The notes: a model not told the origin generated them from the letters alone. A DNA stretch of 63,293 bases, filler included, from Conidiobolus incongruus B7586 (GCA_000697335.1; 9 parts of 9 records of this genome joined end to end with filler, not necessarily neighbours in it); one strand, 5' to 3'. Shown: positions 1-14,429, counted from the whole stretch's first letter. A program made the numbers and translations.

Positions 1-1854
1 AATATTTTTTCAATTTATTTTTAAATAGCTTTTAATTATATTATAAATAATAATTAATTTTTTAATTTGCTAGTGATTCAGATATTATTTATAATAACCC
101 AAAATAATAAATATTCTATTAAAAAATTTAATTAAGCTTTAAAGAGTATTCTTCAATCTTAATTTTTCAATTATACAAAATATATATTTATAAATTTTAA
201 AATTTTTACTATATTTATATATTTTATAATAGTTTTGTGTTAAACTTCAACCAAATAATTAAATTATAATATTAAATGCTAAATAAAAAAGTTTTTAATA
301 TTCCTGGTTATTTCCATTATAGAATGTTTAAAGTCCAATAACTACAATACACATTTTTAATATTGAAAATTTTATAATTGGTATTTTTATGAACTATTTT
401 ATTAAATATTGATACTAAGATAAAATGATTAATAAAGAATTTAAAAAAAATTCTACATCACATATTTTTTATTATGAAGCAAAAATATTGATCGAGTATA
501 ATGATTTATCCTTTACTATTGGATTAAATATATTTTTGACATATAAACTTTTTTCATATTAATTGTCATTGTATATTATATATTAAATGCCAGAATTTCC
601 TCAATAATTATGTAGCATTGAAATATTAATAATGCTTATCCAATACACGAAATATATTTATTATTATTAACTATTAGTATATATTAATAATATAATTAAA
701 AACAATCTATCTGGGATGATAGTGATTCGTATTTTATAATAAATTGATTCAAAATGATTACTATAATTTGAATATAGATTGGAAAATAAATAATCTTATA
801 GAACAGCTTATTCAAAGGTTAATAACTGTCTTACAACTATAGTCAATTAATTTTAATTACTCAATGAATTATCATTGATAATATAGTAATTGTTTTGCAT
901 TGTTCAATTTATTTTACTTAATTTTTTGGATTTACCCAGATATTATAATTATATAGCTTTTTTTCAATATATTATAATAATTAATAATTAATATCAATGC
1001 CAATTTGTACCATTAAATCTAGTATTATCACCTAATATTGACAGTTTGAACTCTATTCCTCATAAAAATACGAGTCATTCTTTTAAAACGAATTATTAAC
1101 TCTTCAATATATAATGAAGTATTAAATTTTTATATTATTTTATAAATTTAATTAAACTTATAATTTTTTTTATTATTTATCAGATAACAGAGTGATAATT
1201 TAAAGAAAGAAAATGTTATCATTGGTAAACTTATTCACATGACTTAAATCAAAATTAACATTCTTTTTTTAGTTAAATTAATAAATTTTTATGAATATGA
1301 TAAAAATGATATAATTATCTGTAATTTTTTGTTAACATTTTATTAATCTTTCTTAATTATTAAATTACTTTTTTTGAAATTGTTTAAAAATTAAAATACC
1401 TTTTAAATAAATGGATTAAAGTGATATTAATATTTATAAAATATATTGAATTATCCTGAACTATTATTTAATAATAATTTAATCGTTTGATAAATTTAAT
1501 ATTGGATTTGAAAAAATTTTAATTTGAATGAGTCAAAGTAAAATAATTCAGAATATTTATCAATAATATATATATTGAACAATATTAAAATTTTTTCATC
1601 AAAGATGATGACTATAATATGTTATAATTTTAAGGTAGATTTTCTTTTTGAAATCAATTGAATTTCATACCAAAAAAATAACAAATAAATTCCACATAAA
1701 TTTAACTATAATTGAATGACATCCCCTTGGATCTACATAATTACTGTTAAAAATACATAAATTAGAATATGATTTTCTATAAAATATTTGAGATTATCAA
1801 TACAATATATTCTATTATCCAATATTATTATTATTATTATTTTTAAAAACATAT

Positions 1855-2581
1855 TTAGTTGTATCTTTTTTGACGATGTAGAGTGGTAGGAGCGACCCCA
1901 AATTCTTTGTCAACTTCTATTCCATGTTCAATACATATCACTTTGATTAAAGCATAATGATGAACTATAAATATGAAAATGTTAATATAAAATAGATATC
2001 ATTTAGAAGATCATTTAATTACTAGCATGATGAGCACAAAACCATACCTCTCTTCCAAATGTTGACCCTGTATTCAATTCCTCAAGACGATCTGGGTCAA
2101 TGCGGGATAGCACTTGTACAGGATGATTAAAGTAGATCATCTTAGGCTTTAAATGGGTGATTACCCAAGAAAATCTCTCAATAGCAGCTTCAATATTAGT
2201 TTGAATAAGTTCCTAATTAAAATTAACACTTGTTTAAATATTATTAAACTTAATCATTACCTCTCTAATTCTTGCATCATATTGAATTATCCATTGGGTA
2301 TTTAACTGATTATCTGATTCAAGATCGTGATAACCTGTGATTAAAGCATTAAAATACTCTAATATGTGACGAATATGTTTTCCAATAGTACTGCCAGGCA
2401 CATATGTCGATACTTTGGTAAATTTATCATTATCGGCTATGGTGTTCAATAGTGTGACTGCTTGTTCAAGTAAATTTACAGTTGTGTTATACAAATAAAT
2501 TTGGCACTCTTCCTCTACAGATAAGTTACTGTCGCTTTCGTTAGAATCCCACTGAGGATTTAGTTGTATTAAATCGGACAT
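1855..2581 (-). CDS. DinB/YfiT-superfamily (DinB-like) protein, copy 1; 3 exons (2581-2261, 2212-2023, 1964-1855), 206 aa
   Basis: GT-AG introns join MSDLIQ...GSTIGKHIRHILEY...STFGREVWFCAHHAIHHYALIK...FGVAPTT. The HxRH, HxxHH and FGxAP motifs are typical of DinB-like proteins. Start at Met28 of the ORF track, supported by the paralog. Confidence 0.8.
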
Positions 2582-5430
2582 CTTATCACTGTTTATTATT
2601 GAATTGATTTTAAGAATAAAATCTTTAAACAAATGAAATGAAAGGGTGTTATATAATACCAATTTGAAGTTCGGAATATGGGATAGGGATAGTAATTTAA
2701 ACCCTAAATCGTTGCTTTGGTGATGAATAATGAAAACTGATCAGGAATAATCATTTGATTACTTTTTATGAGATCATTTACGTCCTTACATAATTAATTT
2801 CTTAGATTCATTATAGTATTTTTGAAACTTGGATAAACAATATCGATGATACAAAAAATTGATTTTATGAAAATAGAAATAAACCAAAGATATAATATAA
2901 TTAGATAATTATTATAACTAGTTAGAACATTACAATCATTAGTTCTTTGATACAAACCTAATAGCCTAAATTTTAAAAAACAAATTTGTTATTTTACCTC
3001 AATATTGATATTTACTCATCAATTTGATCAAATATTTTAACTATGTATTTCAATTCAATGCTTCAATTGATCTGGGTTAATATGATACCAAACAAAAATA
3101 TTTATATGGCATATACAATGAATTAGTATCAGCACTATTAAAGACTCATTCTTTGTTACTTTTCTTATTAAAAGAATTATTTTAATAAATTAACAATAGA
3201 ATTGCAAAGTGGCAAATTTAAAAAATTAACAAGAACACAATATATAAAATGAATCAGTGCAATTAGGAAGGTAATATTCTAGTAACACTATTTTGTATAA
3301 GCCTATTTTTCAGATAGTTTACTAAAATAAAACTACACTTTGAGATTACAATCATTGAAAATTATTTTAAATCATTAATTCAATCATGAAGTTTATGAAT
3401 CATTTTGATTTTTTTAAAAAAATTTTCGACCAATGGAGAATCAAGATGTAGGTATCTGTCAAGACTTAAAAGGAAATTAAAATAAATTTTCAAAATCTAA
3501 TAGGATAATATTTTAAATAATAATATTAGCCATAATAAAATCAAATATTTTGAAATATTCTTTTTTCAAACTACCAAAATATATTTAACATTTATTATTA
3601 TTATTATATATATTATAATTATATTTTTTAAACTAAATATTGTAAAATAAACTATTACTAACATAAAAATAATATAAATAGATATTTATTGTTAAATTAA
3701 TATCATTTGAAAAATTTTAATTAAATGAAATTCGAGCTTTGGTGAATAGTATCAGAATAATAGAACAATATAATAATAATAATAAAAAGTTATAATTTTC
3801 AATATAATATAATATTAATTTTTTCATAGAATGTAGGTATGTTGAATTTAATCTTTATTTAATATTTTATTTTCAATATTGAAACTAAGTCATTATAATA
3901 TAATTATCAACCTTCTATTTTCTATCAGATATAGAGAAATTAAAAATATCAAATTTGAATATTAGAATTTAGTATCAAATTTCTTCATATTTCATATTTT
4001 ATTGTTTTTTAGATTCTATTATCTAATTCTCCTATGTTCGTCAAAATAATATAGAAATGATATTTAGAAACATCAATGAATAGAAAAGAGTAAAGTACTT
4101 TCATAGTTTCATATATATTATTTCATAAGTATTAATAACATAATAGAGAGTATATTTGATTAATAAATAAAATATACAATAATATAATTTCGTTCAGGAT
4201 AATAATAAAGAACTATACAGCTAAATAACGGTTATTTGATGTGATAGTGTGCATACAAGATTCTGATTATTGTGACTTAAGTTCTCCTCAGTGAGATAGT
4301 GAAGCATATGATGAGATATTTTTATTTATTGAGAGAGTATTTTATAATTTAATACTATTATAATATTACATTATTAATTTGTTTATATTAAATAAATTAA
4401 TTAGCCAATTTAATATTAGATATTATTAAAGTTTTAAAATATTTTTTATTATAATATAAATTAATTTACACTTAATAATTATTTAATATTTAAAATTCAA
4501 AAAAAATCAATTTTAATATATAAGATACAATTAAAAATATATTAATAATTTCATAAAGAAATGTCTATTAATACAATGAAATATTCTTAAAAAATTTACA
4601 AATATTTATCTTTAATATTGTCATATTTTTCAATAAGATACCAATATTATAATATAGCATATATTTTTTAAATAGATTCAAATGATAATATTTTCAATTA
4701 TTATTAATAAAAATAATTCAATAATCAAATTAATAGTTGTATTGTATTTATTTCTATTATTTTTAACATTCATGAAAAAATTTAAAATTTAAATAGCTAC
4801 CTTCTTCATATTTTTATTTAATACAATTCTATTTTTGTAATAAATGTAAATATAATAAAATAAAAAATTTTATCATTAAATTTTACATGCGATATGAGTA
4901 ATCCATTATACTTCAAATGTATCTATTTTGTGAAGAAAATAAGATTGAATATGGCTAATTACTCTAAAAAGTTTAACAACGCTGCTATATTATAATTAAA
5001 ATTGCCATTTTACCTAATACATTAAAACAGTTCACATTATTATATTGACCCTTTTAAATTTTTAATTATCAATTCTTATTTTTTTATTTGCAACATAAAA
5101 AGAATAGATCTTGATTAATAAGTTGTTATCCTTGAAATAGTTTTAACTAATCATTCTTTGTTAGTATAAAAATATATTCATATATCAAATAGATAACAAA
5201 TTAATATTTGGGATTATTAATTAATATATTTTTTGAGTTAACAATATGGTATCCTAGCTATATAAATTGATTTAATAAATGAATTTGTACTCATGACTTT
5301 AATACAAATAGTCACTCTCAATTTAGATAAATATCAACATCATTTTAATAATATCTCTACCACTAAAATATAGGGTTATTGATTAATTAATACAATTTAT
5401 TCTATCCTCTAATAGTGTTAATACGTAATA

Positions 5431-6166
5431 TTAAATTTTCATATCTTTTAATTTTTGACGATGTAAAGTAGTTGGAGCAAAACCTAACTCTTTTTCAAAT
5501 GGTAATCCATATTCTATACATATCACTTTAATTAAAGCGTAGTGATGAACTATAAATAATTAAAGATTAGTATTTAAAAACTACATAAAAAATAGTTGAA
5601 TTACTGGCATGGTGAACACAGAACCATAATTCTCTTCCAAATGTTGACGGTGTGTTCACCTCATCGGGAAGATTGGGATCAATAAGAGATAGAACTTGTA
5701 CGGGATGATTCAAATAAACCATCATAGGCTTTAAATTATTAATGATCCAGGAAAACCTCTCAATGGCAGCTTCTATGTTAGTTTGAACTAATTTCTAATA
5801 AAATAATATTAGATAAATTTTCATAAATACTATTCAAAATATTACATCTCGGATTCTGGAATCATATTGAACTAGCCATTGATTGTGAAATTGGTTTCCT
5901 GTCACTAAATCGTGATAGCCTGTGATTAAAGCATCAAAATGCTCTAAAGTATGGCGGATATGCTTTCCAATAGTACTGCCTGGAACAAAATTAGAAACTT
6001 TAGAATATTTTTCATCGTCTGATATAGATGACAGCAGTCTGATAGCCTGTTCAAGTGTACTGACAGTTGTGTTATATAGATGAATTTGAGTCTCTTCTTC
6101 TACAGATAAGTTATTATCACTTTCATCAGAACTCCATTGAAAGTTTGATTGTATTAGATTAGACAT
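5431..6166 (-). CDS. DinB-like protein, copy 2; 3 exons (6166-5846, 5794-5605, 5549-5431), 209 aa
   Basis: Paralog of copy 1 with identical intron positions and exon 1/2 lengths; GSTIGKHIRHTLEH...STFGRELWFCVHHAIHHYALIK...LGFAPTT. Confidence 0.8.
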
Positions 6167-7016
6167 TTTATTTTTTTTTGAATTATTCGATAGCTTGAGA
6201 ATATAAATTTTTATTAAAAATAAATCTCAAGGGTGCATTTATATTTCCCATTAAAATGTTCGGTTATGGGACCAAATCCAATATATCAATTTACAAATTT
6301 TATGATATAATGATAAATTAAGCCAATCAACTATCAGATTGGGACGATCTGTCAATATTCAAAAGGAATAAAAATAATTAACAATACACAAAAATATAAA
6401 ATTAATCACTGAGTTATAATTTCAATAATATTTGTGGAATTCGTGGACTTAATTGTCCAATATAAAAATGAAAATTATGCGGAAATAATAAATTATATCT
6501 TTTTTTTAATTTGTTATGATTTCATCTTCAAATTTTATATCCTTATTTTATATTATTTAAAACATTTTAAGGGTCCAACTACCTTAAACAAGTTTTTTAA
6601 CAATTTGGAATGGCTGAAATGAAATAATCATTTAATATCCAAATAAATTTAGCTCAATATAATGAAAATGATTTTCAAAAAAATATTATTGATCTTGTTC
6701 CTTTTAGCTATGATGTAATATAAATTTAAAAGATAATTCTAATTCTCTAAGTTATCTATGATAAAACAAATCATGCATCACGGTTGATTACTATTTATTC
6801 AGTTTATAAAATCCTTACCTTTAAAAATATATATATAAACTGAAAATTTTTTTTTAATTTGTTTCAATTGAATTAGTATAGAATACATGAAAATGAAAAA
6901 CAAAATATTATATATACAATGATTTTATATATTATTATATAAAATCAATATAAAAATATTATTTATATGTCTTAATTATCTTGAAAATTATAATTTTAAA
7001 AAGAAATATTCTAATT

Positions 7017-8643
7017 TATTATCATAAAATTAAAAAAATGGGAAATTTTTTTAATCTTTGGTTTTTTAAATATATTATTAATTTCAAATAAAAAAAATAT
7101 ATACAAAATAAATAAGAAAATAAATACCTTTGAATTATATATATATATATATAATAGTTTTCTTGATTAAAAAATTATTTTTTTAAAATTTATTATTTAA
7201 TTATATTCAAATTATATAATAATTATCAAAAGTTTTTTAATTTAATACTTATAAAACTTAACCATAAATCTTTTAAAATTATGTAAAATTTATAAATAGC
7301 TTTTAATAATAAAATATTATTTAAATTAATTATTTATTATTAAGTAAATTATTTCAAAGTTAAAAAAGAAATTATTTAAAATTTATCAAAATTTAAAAAA
7401 CTAATTTTATTTATTATTTTTTTCAATTATTAATAAAGTTAAAAAATATATCAAAAGATATCTTTTTATTTTAGTTAAAGAATTGACAAAGTATTTTAAT
7501 ATTAATTATATAATCATTTTATATATATTAAAGTTTAAATGAAAATTAATTAATAAAAATATAAAATAAATTGCTTATAATTTAATTAAAGCTTAAAAAA
7601 GTGAAAAAGCTATTATTAATTAAAACTTATTAAAATATAGCTAGAAACTAAAGTTTTTATAATAAATAAATATTATTAATGAATTTTAAACTTTTTTGTA
7701 TAATTTTTTATTAAAATATAAATTAAAATGATAAATTAAGTTAAATTAACCCTTTTTTAAATTTTTTTAAATAAATACTTTAATAATAAATAATTCTTAA
7801 CTATTATAATAGATTATAAAATCATATGCTATTTTTATTTAATTTTTATAAGAAAATTAATTAATAATAAATTTTATATTATTTTTTAAATAAAGCTATT
7901 TTTAATTAGTGTTTTTAATATAGTTTAAGAAAACTTATTATTTTACTTAATAATTATAAAATACATAAACTTATAAAAAACTTTTTAATTAAAAATAATT
8001 AAAAAAACATATTATATCTAATATATTCTTTAAATTATTACTTATATAACTATAATTATTTTGAGCAATTAAAAAATTAACTTACAAGAAAGAAAATTTC
8101 AACAAGAAAATTTAATCAGTTTGTGAAACATTAAATTTTAGTTTTTGATAAAAAAAATTATTTTTCAAATATTAAAACTTTGCTAAATTATATTATCCTA
8201 GTGCTGGAAACTAGGATAATTATATTGAATTAAGTTGGATTATTGGTAAGTGATAGGATTAGAATATAGTTATGGAGTTTTATTGAAAATCTTTGATAGA
8301 GACTTAGTGTTATAGCTAGGTAATTGGGTAGGTTGATGAATGAATAGACAGATAGATAGGTAGGTAAATAGATCTCTGTTGTATTTCTTCTATACTGGGA
8401 TAAGAATGGATCAATTTAAGGGAAAGTAGGATAGGAGGTAAATTATGGGTAAACTGATATAAAAGATAAATATATATGGATTAATTGGATAGATATGTGA
8501 CATAAATATATAGTAAAAAGTTATTAGAAATAAAAAAATTATTAATTTTATATTATATATATATTTCTATATTTTATATATTAAAATGTTTATTTTTTTT
8601 TCAGTTTCAAAAAAATTCCCATTATTTAAATTATAAAATAATA
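7017..8643 (+). mobile_element. Degenerate full-length mariner-family transposon (M1), interrupted by a solo LTR
   Basis: Left end TATTATCATAAAATTAAAAAAATGGGAAATTTTTT and right end AAAAATTCCCATTATTTAAATTATAAAATAATA are inverted repeats matching the ends at 60370 and 36165-36198. The body is colinear with 60370-61634. About 1.3 kb after removing the insert. Confidence 0.8.
8189..8502 (-). mobile_element. Probable solo LTR (314 bp) nested in mariner M1
   Basis: Flanked by 5-bp direct repeat TAAAT (8184-8188, 8503-8507). Minus strand starts TGTCACA, contains AATAAA and ends ...ATATA (decayed CA). An 11-bp hairpin lies at 8192-8220. Mariner sequence resumes in register after it. Confidence 0.65.
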
Positions 8644-9606
8644 AGATTATTATTTAATGAACTTAATAAAAATTATTTTGACAATTTGAGGGTGAAATTT
8701 AATAAGCTCAAATATGAAATATTATATATAAACAGAGGGTAAGAATTTTACAAATACATTTTCTAATTGTTAAACCACTTGAAATACAATGAATGTCGTT
8801 ATTAAAATACTCTTGATATAGTCAATTCCCAACAATTTGGGCATATTTATTTGATTATAAATAGATTATCCTCAAATAGAACAAGAAATATTCTCTATTC
8901 TATTGATCACTCTATTTTAACTGATTTATTTATATTAGAGATTTGCCAAAATGCAAATTGAGGTATAATATTATTTTATATATTAGAGTAGATAATTAGA
9001 ATTGAGATATATATATAATTTGCAAAATTTATTTTAAAATTGATATTTGGATAGTATAATATACAATATGTTCTCAAACGATAACTTTTGTCAATGCATA
9101 TTACAATCTGAATAGATTTTTAGTAATTATATAATTATTCCATACTTTTGTTGCCTTATATCATTTCAATAATAGAAACTTAATATCTAAATTTGTTTAA
9201 TATTCTAAATATATAAAAATGAAGTTATGAGTAGTATTGTTACAATTTATTCAAATATATCACTAGCTTGAATATTATTATTTATTTACAATGTATAGTG
9301 TAAAAATAAATTATACCCTTTTTATAATCAAATAATGAATAATTATCAAATAAACGAATGAATTAAATTTTAAAATTATAATTTTTGTTCTTATGGTTTG
9401 ACTCTAACTTTTGAGAACAAATTTGGCTTTATTCAAAATTTTTATTTTATTTTCATAAATTTAAAAAATTCAATTTAATCTATGAAAGTGGATTTAACTT
9501 CAAATACAGTATCATAGCAGCTCATATACAATTAATAGCATTTATTTAACTGATCCAAAGATAAAATATACTTAACACAGTTAATAAAGTATTGTTTTAT
9601 TACAAT

Positions 9607-9645
<39 letters not shown>

Positions 9646-10860
9646 GAAATACATTTCTTTCAATTTAATTAAATTGGATGTCATAATAAACTTTGAAAAT
9701 TAATTTATATAGGAAAGGGGTAATAATATGTGCTGAGGATTTTGATTACTGTAATTTGAGTTCAATTCTCTGTGAGATATAAAATTTGAGTATGTATTTT
9801 TCAATTTTAAAATTATATAAAAATTTTAATATAATCAATTAATAAAGTTTAAATAGATATATTTTTAATACTATATATATCTTGACAATGAATTCTCAAT
9901 ACTAAAAATAAGTTTAATAACTTTATCTTTTTGGTCAAGTGATTAATTATTGAGATATGGAAATATAACTCTTTTAGGAATATTAGATTAGATTTTAAAA
10001 TTTATCATTATTCTAACTATATTAGAAATTAATTAATTTCAATATATTTCCAGGTCATTTGAAATATGAGTGAATTAATTTCATATTATAAAAGGAATTT
10101 CAGAAGAATTTTTTATTTTTTTAATCAAACATTACAAATTTTTAGATCAAAATCTCAAAATAGAAAATTTAATAACATTCATTTAATTAATACTTTAAAT
10201 ATCTAAATATTTAAGTATTGGATATAGATATAAAGTTTTATATTTTTCATTTAATATTATATCATAATATCAAATTTATCAAAATGTTAGGAATGAAAAC
10301 TCATATTGAACAATAAATTGATAATTTATATAATTTTATAATAAACTTATAGCTTAAAAATGCATTGTTAGATTGTTTTGGTTATATTGCTCTAAAGTAT
10401 CTAATTTAATTATACAAATAAATGACTTAACACTACAAATCACTAAGAAAATTATCTCATAAATATTGATTTCAAATTATTCTTTGTTTATATTAGAGGA
10501 AATCTTTAAAGTCAAAATTTAGTGTATTATTTATCGGTTAATTTTGATCAAATATTTATAAAAGTATTGAACTTTTAAATTCTCCTTTCACCTCATCATT
10601 AATATCAATAGAGATATTTATGAAATAAGATATGGATTAAAATCCTATAATTAACCATATTTGAATTATATTTGATTGAGGCAATTCCAGGAATGAAGAT
10701 ATTATTAAAGTGATTAAATTCAAAATTAAAGGTATTAGTATTACATTAATATCATTCTGAAAAAAAATTTAATATTATAAAACATATAGATTAATTTTAT
10801 AAATATTTTTAAATCATACTAGATGATTAATAAAAAGTATGGATTTACAATATAATGATT

Positions 10861-12339
10861 TTAAACGGTAGCGAGTTTGTCTTGATTGGGGAATCTTTGC
10901 TGGAGTTCTTTGACCTCTCTCTTCAATACTCTCAATTGAGTTTCAGCTCTTGCCAAGACATCTTCGGCCAGTTTGCGGTTTTCGGGGTTACATTTGCTGA
11001 TATCTAATTTGGCTCCGCTATCTTGCATAATGCTCATGACACTAGCAAGTTGATTGGGTAACCATGTGACGATGGGACTGCCACCAGTGGCAACGGGATG
11101 GGTAGTGCGCTTGATAATGTATTCCTTAGTGAAGAGCCAGTGACGGTGACGGAAAGCACGAATTTGATCCAAGTTGCCTAAATAGAGGGCTAAACTGTTT
11201 GGATCTTTTTCAGCGAATTGACGAACTCCAACGGTATCAGCTTGTTCTTGAACATAGTTAAGGAAGTGGTGATGGTTGACGGGGCGGTAAGTACGGAAAT
11301 CCTTCAATACTCTGGTCAATGGATTATCAGGCAAGCTGGCAGTAACTTGGAAGAGATTGTCACTCAATGGAATCATACTGTCATTAGCACCACTTTCACC
11401 ACGGTAGAATCTGGGAGTGGCTTCATCGGGAGTACCTTCATAGATAATACCATTGGGAAACATGGGCTGGTTCTTGGATCCCATGATGAATGTACGGAAA
11501 TTAAGATATTGATCAGGTTGACTACGTCCCCACATAGTTTCCATAACTTGGTTAACTTGTTCCATGGTGTCTAAATATCCCTTAATAGCGGTATCAAACT
11601 TCTTACGATCTTGCTCATGGACAGCTTTCAAAGTATCTAAAGAGTATTTGATCAAATTGCCAGAGTGAGCAACCATAGCAACGTGAACTAAAATGAAACC
11701 ATGTTCATCGGGAGTCATGGCAAATCCACGAATTAAACTGAGTTCATTGTAGTTGGGCATTTCATCGCGTGGGTTATCACGTTTGTAATTGTAGAGAGAG
11801 TAGCACATAGCATATTCCATGAATGGCTTAGCACCAATCTTGTCAGCAACAATGGACAAAGGGACAGCAATATTCTTGGGAAGTACTTGACGACCGAGAC
11901 CATATTCTCCTTGGTTACGGAATTGAATGTCACAAGGTTCCAAGAGGTATGCAGAAGCAGCGAAAGTATAATCACGGTACAAAGCAGCTAATAAACGAGG
12001 ATCTTCAATACCAGTGACATCATAAAAAGGAAGTTCGCTCTTGACAGCTTCACCGAATTCACCTTTCCAAAGAAGACCGGGGGATCCATCTTTGAGTCTG
12101 AGAGGCATACGGTTGAGCAAATCTTCCAATTTTTCAAATTGGCTGGGTAATTCCTTCAAAGGATCTTGACGAGGCAAGAATCCATTCTTGGGAGAGACAA
12201 AGAATTCGGAGTTAGGCTGAGGGTTCACCCAATCAGGACGATAGATAGCTTTGTCACCAACCTGTTGAGCAACGAGTCTTGAAACTGGTGTAGAAGAAAA
12301 TTTGCGCAATTGAGATAAGCGTAGTTTGGAAAGAGTCAT
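10861..12339 (-). CDS. Indoleamine 2,3-dioxygenase-family heme protein, IDO-gamma/IdoC type, intronless, 492 aa
   Basis: NGFLP near the N-terminus, EHGFILVHVAM, FRTFIMG, YRGESGANDS, FRTYRP..H, FRHRH..F..EYI and ATGGSP are IDO-family motifs in the gamma-type form. Confidence 0.9.
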   Translation of the reverse strand: MTLSKLRLSQLRKFSSTPVSRLVAQQVGDKAIYRPDWVNPQPNSEFFVSPKNGFLPRQDPLKELPSQFEKLEDLLNRMPLRLKDGSPGLLWKGEFGEAVKSELPFYDVTGIEDPRLLAALYRDYTFAASAYLLEPCDIQFRNQGEYGLGRQVLPKNIAVPLSIVADKIGAKPFMEYAMCYSLYNYKRDNPRDEMPNYNELSLIRGFAMTPDEHGFILVHVAMVAHSGNLIKYSLDTLKAVHEQDRKKFDTAIKGYLDTMEQVNQVMETMWGRSQPDQYLNFRTFIMGSKNQPMFPNGIIYEGTPDEATPRFYRGESGANDSMIPLSDNLFQVTASLPDNPLTRVLKDFRTYRPVNHHHFLNYVQEQADTVGVRQFAEKDPNSLALYLGNLDQIRAFRHRHWLFTKEYIIKRTTHPVATGGSPIVTWLPNQLASVMSIMQDSGAKLDISKCNPENRKLAEDVLARAETQLRVLKREVKELQQRFPNQDKLATV

Positions 12340-13996
12340 AGTAAAGTATATAATGATTAGTTATGAAATTGCATCGAACTCAAGTCACCCAATTGTTCTT
12401 TTATATACCAAAATTGACGTAAAAGTAGACTGAATTTTTTAAATCCAATTGATTTGATACATGTATTATTAACAAATAGATATAAGAGGAATTTGACAAT
12501 ATTTAATTACTCATCTATCATTTGACCCCTTATTTCACACAACCATATTTCTTTTAATATCTCCTATTTTCACCTCTCTATGTTAATCTTAAAATTGATT
12601 TTAAACACTTTAATTAACTTAGCTGAATTGATCCAGTCTGAAAATGGTGGATCAAATGAAGATTCTTTACACTTTTGGTTTATAGGGAGAAAACGAATAT
12701 AATACTTAAATGCTGGTAATATTATAATTTGGATCACGCCACTAGTTTTGTTATTAAATACTAGTAATTAATCGCCGTTATTTTTAATAAGATAATGCCT
12801 ATAACCATTAATGGACCCACTCACAACACTATTTAATCTGCTCAATAGAAATGTGTTTATTTGATATTTTCAAGTAATGTTTTGAGATAAACCAATTACT
12901 TTTAATAATATTAATAATAAAAAAAATATTATCATTTTGATGTCATTTTAGTCAATAATTCCCCATAATACTTTTATAATATTTATATCAATATCAAATT
13001 AACTTAAGCATTATCCAATAATATTAAAAAAGTCACCAGATATCATGTCACAATGAAATAATAATCTAATCATATCTATTTGATCCAATCACCATCTAAT
13101 AGATCATCAACTTTGATGAAATTGTTAGAAAAAATGTAAAAATAGATCTTAAAATCGCAACTTGTTTGGGTAGAGGGGGAAAGACCGTGGGAAAAACATA
13201 TTCTCCCCTTAAAAGTGATCAAACTCCCATTTAATTTAAGTCATCCTCAATATGATTCAATTTGGTTTCATTTTTTTCCAACTTATCAAATTTAGTAATA
13301 TGAATTTTTTAATTTAAAAAATGTGATTAATTTAAATATTATTTTTAATAAAATTTAGCCATATTTTATAGAATGGTATTTCAAATATTTTTATATTTAG
13401 AATTATTATATATAGGATTAGGAATTGATATAACGATTATCTCATATCAATCTTTAATTTTTATCCATATACTTATATAGTAGCTATTAAATAGTGATTT
13501 TTCCATAATTAAATAAATATGTATGTCAATATGAAAATAAGAACTATACTTTTCAATACTATTAATTGAATAATAAACTACAAATCAACAGGATTTCTTT
13601 TTTAAATATAATATAACCCAAATATCATTAAGAACTAATTCTTATTAATTCATTAAATATCATTTCTAAATTAAATCGAATTTTTTAATAAATTTATTTT
13701 ATGTTTATAGGTTGTTATATATTTTAATCAATTATTAAAAATATTCGATCATTATAAAATTTTTCATTATGAAAATTATTTTAGTTAAGACTCAATAATT
13801 AAGTTTTTCTATTTATAGTTTTATATACTATATTTACTTCAATATACAAGAATTTTATTCTATATTGAATTCTAATATAATTATTTTATCAAAGATTATA
13901 TAATATTTTTAATGATAAAGGAAATTTTCATACATCAAATTATAATTTACATATAAAATTAAGAAATAAGGTATTATCATATTTAATTTATAAAAT

Positions 13997-14429
13997 TGAT
14001 GAGAAATGATCTTGTCAATCACTCAAGAAACTATGATTACCACACTTAATCTAGAAGTCTTATTGAGAACACTCATTTCCTGAACTAGGTGGTTATGTTC
14101 CTTTTTGTCACTGAGCCATTCTTATCCATAAAAATGACAATGAAAACTGATATAAGATTATAATGAACAAACTGATAAACACATCTCTTCTATCTTCATT
14201 TCAAAAGTATCCAGTCTCTAAGTTTTTCTTGTAACCCTCACAAAAATGTTGAGCTGTGACAAGTGTGAGATAATTACTTTACACGAAGAACTCAATTTAC
14301 AGTAAGCTGGTTGCACCTGATTTGGTGAATCCCAACAATTTTCTGTAACTCTGTGGTAATCTGTTGTTTACCACTGGTGATTTCTCGTTTATGCTCAAAA
14401 AGTAATTCCTTCCACGATTACAGTGGTCA
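13997..14429. mobile_element. Probable solo LTR (433 bp), family shared with 29249-29684
   Basis: TGA...TCA termini with 4-bp flanking direct repeat AAAT (13993-13996, 14430-14433). Alignable end to end with the second copy. No ORF. Confidence 0.65.

Noticed and set aside
9700..9780. tRNA-Gln(UUG)-like relic (GAGGATTTTGATTACTG...GAGTTCAATTCTC)
   Set aside because: Only the anticodon loop and T-arm are suggestive; the acceptor and D stems do not pair. Needs tRNAscan-SE.
11218..11975. ORFs overlapping IDO, and similar ones over the WrbA genes, gag, GT14 and Slm1-like gene
   Set aside because: Antisense or alternate-frame shadows of GC-richer coding sequence, with no independent motifs
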